Assembly (NCBI GenBank): GCA_963693365.1
Contig: CAVNZM010000101.1
Location: 1-8,312 of the forward strand
Reading direction: 5' to 3'
DNA: 8,312 nt
DNA from: Amoebidium appalachense
Taxonomy: Eukaryota; Protista; Ichthyosporea
Shown here: positions 1-6,870 of the stretch, in pieces
How positions within the stretch are numbered: position 1 is the stretch's first letter
Layout of the letters: each line of letters starts with the position of its first letter
Program-made: the position numbers and the translations under genes
The notes under the pieces: model-generated
Databases searched by the model: none
Seen by the model: only the letters and a program-made list of their open reading frames with translations
Told to the model about the DNA's origin: nothing

Positions 1-339
1 TCGGCTATATGTAACTCAAATTAATAAAGTATTCCATGAGAAGCTTAAGCGCTGCGCGGCCTGGCACCAATAGCGTTCAAAAAGACAACCTGGTCCAGGT
101 ACATATGTTTGCAGCTGAAGGGCGGGGAATGACTCACGGTCATTATATTTTTTGTTTTGAGCTCCCTCCCATGCAACAAAGCACCAGAAAAGGTTGCTGA
201 AAACTCCCTGTGTGTTCACGTCCCCCTATGTACGTATGCCCTTCGAAAAAGGCTTTGCAGCCCATCCGATGTCCCTCGCGATTGTCACATACGCTCATGA
301 AATGTGTACGCACCAGTCACTCGATCCCTCTGGTTCCTA

Positions 340-625
340 CCCCTTCCCCCCCCCCCCCCCTCCCCCCCCTCCCCTAGGCCTCCCCCCTCTCCCCCCCCCC
401 CCCCCTCCCCCCCCCCCCCATGGCCCGGGCCCCCCAAGGCCCCTCGCCCGTCCCCCTCTTACTTAGTGATTTTTGAATTTGAAAGGGGGGGATAGGGAGT
501 ATTAAATATCGACGTCCCCCTGGTGGTACCCTCCTTCCCCCCCCCCCCCCTCTCCCCAAGCTTGAGGTAGCAGCAGGGGTGGATGGGTCCCCCCCCCCCC
601 CTCCCCCCCCCCCCCCCCTCCCTCC
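340..625. repeat. Cluster of interrupted poly-C tracts (G-quadruplex/i-motif potential)
   Basis: C runs at ~346-419, 537-558 and 589-623, interrupted by single T or short GC palindromes (cctagg, ggcccgggcc). Confidence 0.9.
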
Positions 626-695
626 GTCCCCTGCATGCGCGTGATCATGGTATATTAAAGTCTCTTTTCCACCCACCAAAGGTTGTATTCCTTCC

Positions 696-720
696 TTTTT
701 TTTTTTTCTTTTTTTTTTTT
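696..720. repeat. Poly-T tract
   Basis: T run interrupted by a single C. Confidence 0.9.
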
Positions 721-804
721 CCCATTTAAATTTGGCGTATTTGCATCCGTTTTGGCCACTGGCACATATCCTCTACCCCCCGACCCTTCCCCCCCCCACC
801 CACC

Positions 805-808
<4 letters not shown>

Positions 809-860
<52 letters not shown>
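809..860. repeat. (CA)26 microsatellite
   Basis: Uninterrupted CA dinucleotide repeat; typical of eukaryotic DNA. Confidence 0.97.
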
Positions 861-863
<3 letters not shown>

Positions 864-881
864 CCCACCCGTTCGTGCCCC

Positions 882-954
882 GGGGGGGGGGGGGGGGGGG
901 GGGGGGGGAGGGGAGGGGGGGAGGGGGAGGGGGGGGCGGGGGGGGGGGAGGGGG
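882..954. repeat. Interrupted poly-G tract
   Basis: About 73 nt almost entirely G with a few A/C interruptions. Confidence 0.92.
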
Positions 955-1123
955 AATGACCGAACTAGGCATAGCCTCAGACTCAGCAGGTGATCAAGCC
1001 TGGGAATCCTATTAGTCAGCCTGCAAAGTTTGTGTTTTGGCGTTTTATGGGCGCTGCTGATTATATTAGTACTAATATGTGGTCAGGTTTTCTGAAATAA
1101 ATAATCACATGATGACAGCCTGT

Positions 1124-1302
1124 GGGGTGGGTGGGTTTCCCCCCCCCCGCCCCGCGGGGGGGGGGGGGGGGGGGGAGGGGGACCAACCCTTATCAGGTGG
1201 GTGGTGGGTCCCCCCCCCCCCCCTCCCCCTGCTAGCCGGAGGGGTGGGTGGGTTCCCCTCCGCCTCCCCCCCCCCCCCCCCCCCTCTCCCCCCTCCCCCC
1301 CC
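1124..1302. repeat. G/C-tract region with repeated GGGGTGGGTGGGT(T)CCCC motif
   Basis: Motif copies start at 1124, ~1196 and 1241, each followed by a C run; a related copy starts at 576. A C-run/G-run quasi-palindrome is centred on CCGCGG at 1152-1157. Confidence 0.75.
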
Positions 1303-1307
1303 AAAGT

Positions 1308-1310
<3 letters not shown>

Positions 1311-1341
<31 letters not shown>
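1311..1341. repeat. (TA)15 microsatellite
   Basis: Perfect TA repeat ending 3 bp before the tRNA-like unit. Confidence 0.97.
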
Positions 1342-1343
<2 letters not shown>

Positions 1344-1344
1344 G

Positions 1345-1422
1345 GGCGGGTTGGTGCAATGGTAAGATCTCTGCGTGTCAAGCTCAAAGTCGCAGGATCG
1401 ATCCTGGTTACTTCCGATTTTT
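1345..1422 (+). pseudogene. Degenerate tRNA-like sequence (Asp-GTC-like; pseudo-tRNA or SINE-type head) with Pol III terminator
   Basis: A-box-like TGGTGCAATGG (1352-1362). Anticodon-loop-like GC-GTGTCAA-GC, a 5-nt variable region AAGTC, and a T-arm/B-box-like CAGG-ATCGAT-CCTG (1393-1406), all at tRNA spacing, then TTTTT at 1418-1422. Acceptor, D and anticodon stems pair poorly, so it is probably not a functional tRNA. Confidence 0.65.
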
Positions 1423-1430
1423 CTGCCTCG

Positions 1431-1979
1431 ATTGGGATATTCGGGTTGGTTGTAAGGTTTTCCGGGTCGGGCCGAAGGCCCTAACGGGCCGCAGGCCCGT
1501 CTATTGGGCCGCCAGGCCCTAGGCCGCCAGGCCTGGGGCCCCGGGGACCGGGGCGCCCGACCCGGCCCGCGAGCCACCCCCCGGCCCGGCCCGGCCCGCG
1601 GGGCCCGGCGGCCCCGGGGTTAGCAGCTGCTCGCAGGCCCGCCTATTGGGCCGCCAGGCCTGGGGCCCCGGGGACCGGGGCGCCCGACCCGGCCCGCGAG
1701 CCACCCCCGGCCCGGCCCGGCCCGCGGGGCCCGGCGGCCCCGGGGTTAGCAGCTGCTAACCCCGGGGCCGCTGCTAACCCCGGGGCCGCCGGGCCCCGCG
1801 GGCCGGGCCGGGCCGGGGGTGGCTCGCGGGCCGGGTCGGGCGCCCCGGCCCCGGGGCCCCAGGCCTGGCGGCCTAGGGCCTGGCGGCCTAGGGCCTGGCG
1901 GCCCAATAGGCGGGCCTGCGGCCCGTTAGGGCCTTCGGCCCGACCCGGAAAACCTTACAACCAACCCGAATATCCCAAT
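1431..1979. repeat. Large GC-rich inverted repeat (foldback/MITE-like) with internal direct duplication
   Basis: Left arm 1431-1627 (attgggatattcgggttggttgtaagg...ggggttagcagc) is the reverse complement of 1770-1979. Differences are one substitution, two 1-bp indels and one extra 15-bp unit. 1632-1757 is a direct copy of 1490-1631. There is a perfect 38-bp palindrome at 1734-1771. No target-site duplication is evident. Confidence 0.95.
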
Positions 1980-2092
1980 ATTGCTTCATTCTGATTGGTT
2001 GTCACACCGCGGGATTTCCCGATTGTTCTTCCAATGACATTTTCTATCACTATCGACAGTTCTCCAATATTAGAACAGAAAACGGTTTATAC

Positions 2093-2184
2093 CCAGATGG
2101 CCAGATGGCCAGATCAAATTCAGTCTGTGAGCAGGGGGGGGGATCCACCTGAAGTCAAAACAATCTGGCCATCTGGCCATGTGG
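2093..2184. repeat. 22-bp inverted repeat built of 8-bp CCAGATGG units
   Basis: ccagatggccagatggccagat (2093-2114) vs atctggccatctggccatgtgg (2163-2184): one mismatch, 48-bp spacer containing a G run. Confidence 0.85.
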
Positions 2185-2216
2185 CCATAGAATAGATTAG
2201 CATGTAAGGCACTGGC

Positions 2217-2448
2217 TGCCACCACTGGGGGCCGTGGTTCCGGCAGGAGGGGGGGCACACGTGCAGGGGAGGCAGGGGGTCGGGGGAGGCACACGTGCAC
2301 AGGAGGCTGGGGAGAGTGGGGGAACCATGGTTGTGTGATACTATCTATCCCCCATGTATGGCTGAGTTAAGACCATTTGTTCATGTAGCACGATCTTCTA
2401 GCATGCACGTGTTGGAATGCCACCACTGGGGGGCCTGGTTCCGGCAGG
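2217..2448. repeat. Dispersed 31-bp direct repeat (2 copies)
   Basis: tgccaccactgggggccgtggttccggcagg (2217-2247) and tgccaccactggggggcctggttccggcagg (2418-2448), each followed by G-rich sequence. Confidence 0.85.
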
Positions 2449-2491
2449 CAGGGGGGCAGGGGGGCCACCCAGTGTGTGGGTGTGCATGTGG

Positions 2492-2619
2492 CAGGGGAGC
2501 AGGGGGGCAGGGGGGCAGGGGGGCTGGGGAGCAGGGGGGCAGGGGGGCAGGGGGGCAGGGGGGCAGGGGGGCAGGGGGGCAGGGGGGCAGGGGGGCAGGG
2601 GGGCAGGGGGGCTGGGGAG
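2492..2619. repeat. (CAGGGGGG)n octamer minisatellite, about 16 units
   Basis: Tandem CAGGGGGG with occasional CTGGGGAG/CAGGGGAG variants; regular G6 runs with 2-nt loops fit the G-quadruplex pattern. Confidence 0.93.
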
Positions 2620-2683
2620 ACTGGCATGCCACTCACGGGGAGGATAGTGTATGTTGGCACGTGTGGGTGTGTGGGTGGTTTTT

Positions 2684-3166
2684 TTATTTGGGCTTGTGCT
2701 TATGGCAATGGGTCGTAGATTTCACCCTGTTTTTGCAGGGATTGCCAGCCTTGGTTTTGCCCTGGCAGTACCCATTTTCCCTGCCCACACCCACCGCTGC
2801 AGCTGCAACCGGTGGCTGTGGTGCACCCATGGGTGGATCCGGAGTGGACACAGTCAGCGCGGGTACCCCGGTGCGCTCGGTGCGAGGGCGCTGCATTTCT
2901 GCGACTGTAAAGGCGGCCAGGAGGTCGTCCAGCAGGAGGTTTGCATGAGCATAGTCCCCGGCCTTGTGGGGGTGGAGGATGTTGATGGTGTTGTCGCTGT
3001 AGAGGAGGACACCGGTGGCAGGGGCAAAGCATACCCAGGGCTTGAAGCCGTCCTTGTGGTGTGGGCATGTTTTCTTTTTGTTTTTGCACTGGGCTTTTTT
3101 TGAGGGTGCAAATGCAGGGCATCGTTCGGGGTCAACCGAATCGGGGCGCAAAAGTGCGTCTCCCAT
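2684..3166 (-). CDS. 160-aa protein with two CCCH-type zinc-finger-like motifs (C-terminal one DUF5763-like)
   Basis: ATG at 3166 (gaaATGG context) within the ORF-track entry 2684..3301. Motifs are CPAFAPSKKAQCKNKKKTCPHH and CQGKTKAGNPCKNRVKSTTHCHKH. The sequence is non-repetitive and protein-like, and AATAAA overlaps the TAA stop. The start could instead be an upstream ATG (MPSTSQQ...). The family call is from motif recognition, not a search. Confidence 0.72.
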   Translation of the reverse strand: MGDALLRPDSVDPERCPAFAPSKKAQCKNKKKTCPHHKDGFKPWVCFAPATGVLLYSDNTINILHPHKAGDYAHANLLLDDLLAAFTVAEMQRPRTERTGVPALTVSTPDPPMGAPQPPVAAAAVGVGRENGYCQGKTKAGNPCKNRVKSTTHCHKHKPK

Positions 3167-3293
3167 TTCTAGTGTTTTGTTTTGGTGTGCACTGTTCTTG
3201 GATTGGGGTGAAGCGAGACAAAAAGTAAAAGCGAGTACTTTTTGTTGACTGGTTGATGGCATATCAATCAATCTCTTGGTGCCAAACCACTGA

Positions 3294-3325
3294 CCAATCA
3301 CATGGGTGTATTCACGAATTCCAAT
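3294..3325. promoter_or_regulatory. Paired CCAAT boxes upstream of the zinc-finger gene (possible bidirectional promoter)
   Basis: CCAATC at 3294 and 3321, about 130-160 bp upstream of ATG 3166 and between the divergent ORFs. Confidence 0.3.
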
Positions 3326-3556
3326 CTAAATTCGGCATCTGGAGAGAGGGGTACTGGTAAAACACAAGAGCAACACGGCATCAAGAGTTTGTACCACAGG
3401 CAAGATCTCAGAGAGGTCACTTTTGGGGTGTAACACGTCGGATACTGAAAGTTTTGTGAGGTACACGTACATGTTCGACAGCACGGTCACCACAGGCATT
3501 CTTTATGTGATATATCTATATGCAGTGTCGTTGCAAATATACACTGGTACAATTTA

Positions 3557-3745
3557 ATGAAGTCCGAACCGAATGCTAGAGAGAAAGTGAACAAAATGTA
3601 TCTGGTGTACGTCAGCGCTGCTATTGTCCTCACATGTTTATTGGTTACACCATTGATGTATGCAGTCATATACTATTTCAATAAGAAGACGGGTGCTGCG
3701 GAGTACGACACCGCTCTGAGACAAACAAGTCACTCGGACTTTTAA
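3557..3745 (+). CDS. Possible small single-pass membrane protein (62 aa) or terminal exon
   Basis: Hydrophobic stretch YLVYVSAAIVLTCLLVTPLMYAVIYYF followed by NKK (positive-inside pattern). The frame is open upstream to 3449, with a possible acceptor TGCAG at 3521-3525. Short, and no family recognised. Confidence 0.3.
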   Translation: MKSEPNAREKVNKMYLVYVSAAIVLTCLLVTPLMYAVIYYFNKKTGAAEYDTALRQTSHSDF

Positions 3746-3768
3746 TCCGATTGACGTGTCACCGCGCC

Positions 3769-4168
3769 AGCGCTGCATACAAAAAGACCCGAAGTGGAGT
3801 ATACGACAAACCCAGCGCCAGCGCTTCATACCCATTGGCAAAGTGGATACAATAAAAAGACAGTTGCTGTGTGTGCAAAGCTGTGTGAGCAAAAAGAGGG
3901 GAAATAAGCGCTGTATACAAAAGCCCCGAAGTGGAGTATACGACAAACCCAGCGCCAGCGCTTCATACCCAAAGTGGATACAATAAAAAGACAGTTGCTG
4001 TGTGTGCAAAGCTGTGTGTGCAAAAAGAGGGGAAATAAGCGCTGCATACAAAAGCCCCGAAGTGGAGTATACGACAAACCCAGCGCCAGCGCTTCATACC
4101 CAAAGTGGATACAATAAAAAGACAGTTGCTGTGTGTGCAAAGCTGTGTGTGCAAAAAGAGGGGAAATA
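3769..4168. repeat. 131-bp tandem repeat, 3 copies
   Basis: Units start at 3769, 3907 and 4038 (agcgctgcatacaaaagccccgaagtggagtatacgac...gcaaaaagaggggaaata). Copies 2 and 3 are nearly identical; copy 1 is 7 bp longer. Confidence 0.96.
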
Positions 4169-4171
4169 AAT

Positions 4172-4279
4172 ACTTTAAACGTGCATGCAATATACATCGA
4201 TAGACTTATGAAAGCACACAAACTGTGTGCCACACGGGCATGCATGCATGGGGACTCGGGAGTGTGGGGTGGGGGGGGG

Positions 4280-4320
<41 letters not shown>

Positions 4321-4482
4321 GGGGGGGGGAGACTTTGAACGTGCATGCAATAGACTTATGAAAGCACACAAACTGTGTGCCACACGGGCATGCATGCATC
4401 GATAGACTTATGAAAGCACACAAACTGTGTGCCACACGGGCATGCATGCATGGGGAGGGAGTGTGGGGTGGGGGGGGGGGGG

Positions 4483-4516
<34 letters not shown>

Positions 4517-4868
4517 GACTTTGAACGTGCATGCAATAGACTTATGAAAGCACACAAACTGTGTGCCACACGGGCATGCATGCATGGGGAGGGAGTGTGG
4601 GGAGGGGGAGGGGGGGGGGGGGGGAGACTTTGAACGTGCATGCAATAGACTTATGAAAGCACACAAACTGTGTGCCACACGGGCATGCATGCACGGGGAG
4701 GGAGTGTGGGGAGGGGGGGGGGGGGGGGGGGGGGGAGACTTTGAACGTGCATGCATCGATAGACTTATGAAAGCACACAAACTGTGTGCCACACGGGAAT
4801 GCATGCATGGGGAGGGAGTGTGTGTGTGTGTGTGGGGGGGGGGGGGGGAGACTTTGAACGTGCATGCA
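4172..4868. repeat. Array of conserved hairpin-containing units separated by variable poly-G tracts
   Basis: Core atagacttatgaaaGCACACAaacTGTGTGCcacacgggcatgcatgca at 4200, 4350, 4402, 4536, 4645 and 4759. Leader gactttgaacgtgcatgca at ~4171 (variant), 4331, 4517, 4626, 4737 and 4850. G tracts at 4266-4329, 4465-4515, 4599-4624, 4708-4735 and 4834-4848. Confidence 0.96.
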
Positions 4869-4938
4869 AGTGTGTACCAAAAGGGACCTGGACTTCTTTG
4901 TATACAATCGATATTTAATCGGTTGAAAACAGCAAAAC

Positions 4939-5030
4939 AAGACTTGTACATATATAATAACCACAAGATACTAAACCATCCAGAAGACTTGTACATATAT
5001 AATAACCACAAGATACTAAACCATCCAGAA
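4939..5030. repeat. 45-bp perfect tandem duplication
   Basis: gacttgtacatatataataaccacaagatactaaaccatccagaa at 4941 and 4986. Confidence 0.95.
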
Positions 5031-5212
5031 CCAGAAAAAAAAGATGCCTACATGCTATGATCCATAAGATGCTCGTTAACATAAATACAGAAACCGTAAG
5101 GTGCTACCAGTATCAACAGTCATATATTAAAATACATCAGCCAGCCCCTGTGGCCATACCCAGCCCCTGACACATACAACAAAATCAAAACACACCCCTC
5201 ACCACTCCCAAC

Positions 5213-6537
5213 CTAATCTTCATCGTCTTCATCACTGTCCCCGTGAATAACCTGTATATCTGAAACTTGCTTTGCTCGTGTCCTGCCACTGCGGGCAGGG
5301 GCTGGTTTCTGACTCTGTTTTGGTTTCTTTGCTCGACCACTTTCTTTCCCTTTCTTCCCCTCGACCTTCTCGCCCAAAGCCATCATGTCCTCCAATTCCT
5401 CATCTAATGCCGTCTCAAATGACGTCTCTTCCTGGCGGTGCCGTTTGTACACACCAAAAGAAATATCTGACACCCCTCTCTTTGAACCCTGGGAATATGC
5501 AGAGGGGTTCGACATCATGGAGGCACCAAAAGTGTGGGATTGGGTGCTGGTAACGGTGGTGAGGGACGGATTGAAGGGGGGTACGGGCATGACAGGTGGG
5601 GGGAGGGGGAGAATGGGCAGGGGGAGGTTGAGGGGGGTTTTGGGCTGAGTGGTACCGGGCGGGGGGAGGGTGGGGATGGGATTTTGATTGGTCGTACCAG
5701 GGGGGGGGGAGGGGGGGGGCGAGACCGTGTTGGACGGTAATGTCGGGGAGGGGCTGGGGGTCATTCCAATCACGAAGTTTCTGTGTGCTCTCGTCGATTG
5801 TTCTACGGTATGATTCCCTCATGGTCGCAATGTGTGACTGAAGCTTGGTAATCTCGGCCCGGTATCTTTCCCCTTCAGTCTGATGCTCCAGGATATCGGC
5901 CACCTTTCCAACAAGCTGCCCTTCGAGGTCCCGATTCTTTGCCGATAACACCTGTTCCTTTGCATCTGCAAGGTGTTTTTGTTTGGCCGCCGCCGATTTT
6001 AGCTCGGCAATTTCCCCCTTAAGGATTTGGATGTCGTGATCCTTCGTTTGTAATTCTTTCTCTGCGGCTTCCAGCTTCTCCTGCAATTCGGTGGTTGGGG
6101 TGGTGACAGCGGGTGCAGTGGCCGCAGTACCGACCTTTGCCAATGCAGAGGCAATGGCACTGTCTACTTTCGACTGCAACACAGTCTCCAAGTACTCTTC
6201 GAACATTTTTGGATCGACGGGAGCAGTGTCGCCGGAGTGTGGGGGGGGGTTGGATGGGGGGGGGGGGACGTCGCCGCCGGAGCCTGAGTGTGGGGGGGGG
6301 TTGGTTGGGGAGGGGACTTCGCCGCCGGAGTGTGGGGGGGGGGGTTGGATGGGGGGGGGGACGTCGCCGCCGGAGCCTGAGTGTGGGGGGGGGGTTGGTT
6401 GGGGAGGGGACTTCGCCGCCGGAGTGTGGGGGGGGGGTTGGATAGGGGGGGGGGGCTTGCGTTGTGACGGGGTCGGCGGACTTGCTGATGTTGGTTTCGT
6501 ATGACCCCGACCCGGGAGCTTGCTGGGAATAATCCAT
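5213..6537 (-). CDS. About 440-aa protein: Pro-rich repeats, coiled coil, Pro-rich linker, basic region, acidic tail; interrupted by two net +1 homopolymer frameshifts
   Basis: ATG 6537 is in strong Kozak context (acgATGG) and begins MDYSQQAPGSGSY... Removing one base in the G10 run at ~6385-6394 joins it to ...PHSGDTAPVDPKMFEEYLETVLQSK... (heptad-like ELQEKLEAAEKELQTKDHDIQILKGEIAELK). Removing one base at 5700-5709 joins it to LPPPGTTNQNPIPTLPPPGTTQ...KKGKESGRAKKPK...DSDEDDED-stop. No family recognised. Confidence 0.65.
6228..6455 (-). repeat. 93-bp coding tandem repeat (31 aa, about 2.4 copies; itself a dimer of related halves)
   Basis: gagtgtG(n)ttggat units start at 6235, 6328 and 6422; encodes PHSGGEVPSPTNPPPHSGSGGDVPPPPSNPP when G-run lengths are normalised. 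Confidence 0.88.
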
Positions 6538-6592
6538 CGTGACAGTTTTCACAAAAAAAAGGATAAACAAAGGGAAAAAAAGAAAGGAAGTC

Positions 6593-6870
6593 TTACGTTT
6601 CTCTGCGCAAACACAGTCGTGTGCAAACCCAGTCGTGAACAAGGGAAAAAGGAAAAAAAAAAACAAGGGAAAAAGGAAAAAAAAAAGAAAGTGCTACGAA
6701 TACGATTCTCTGTTGTGAACAAAGGAAAAAGTAAAAAAAGAGTGTTACGTTTCTCTGCGCAAACACAGTCCTGTGCAAACCCAGTCGTGAACAAGAGAAA
6801 AAGAAAAAAAAAAGAGAGTGTTACGTTTCTCTAGGCAAACACCGTCGTGTGCAAACACAGCCATGAACAA
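6593..6870. repeat. About 55-bp repeat (3 copies plus one degenerate) separated by A-rich purine tracts, directly upstream of the 440-aa gene
   Basis: ttacgtttctctgcgcaaacacagtcgtgtgcaaacccagtcgtgaacaag at 6593, 6745 and 6821 (diverged); partial copy near 6691-6725. Confidence 0.88.

Noticed and set aside
16-330. Short ORFs at the window start
   Set aside because: No recognisable motif, non-ATG starts or in-frame stops; cannot be supported.
1345-1416. Functional tRNA-Asp gene
   Set aside because: Acceptor, D and anticodon stems have multiple mismatches and the T loop is one base short; kept only as tRNA-like.
194-1577. Poly-Pro/poly-Gly/HT/YI ORFs in the ORF track
   Set aside because: They are translations of homopolymers and microsatellites, open in several frames on both strands.
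1519-1906. Ala/Gly/Pro/Arg-rich ORFs in the foldback
   Set aside because: Stop-poor GC-rich palindrome; non-ATG starts; no protein-like features.
2011-2020. GGGATTTCCC NF-kB consensus site
   Set aside because: Single 10-mer with no linked gene and unknown host; insufficient support.
2295-2948. Gly-rich GGQGGRGA repeat protein
   Set aside because: It comes from the CAGGGGGG octamer (unit not a multiple of 3, open in all frames) and overlaps the better zinc-finger ORF antisense.
3302-3433. 43-aa ORF containing GERGTGKT (Walker A-like)
   Set aside because: No hydrophobic strand precedes the motif, a stop follows soon after and no Walker B is visible; probably chance, though a TBLASTX check is cheap.
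4172-4868. CRISPR array
   Set aside because: Spacers are poly-G rather than unique sequences, the conserved block is ~85 bp, there are no cas genes, and the context is eukaryotic-like.
3638-5060. ORFs across the 131-bp and poly-G arrays, including the in-frame 15-aa duplication DLYIYNNHKILNHPE
   Set aside because: Unit lengths do not preserve frame and the same peptides recur in different frames, as expected of non-coding repeats.
5415-5699. C-terminus of ORF 5415..6206 as listed (WYDQSKSHPH...)
   Set aside because: The alternative frame gives a repeated LPPPGTT motif and a more natural basic/acidic tail; the listed end is probably out of frame.
6443-6456. PPPY (WW-binding/late-domain) motif in the 440-aa protein
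   Set aside because: It depends on uncertain homopolymer lengths; by analogy with the neighbouring repeats the true reading may be PPPLSNPP.
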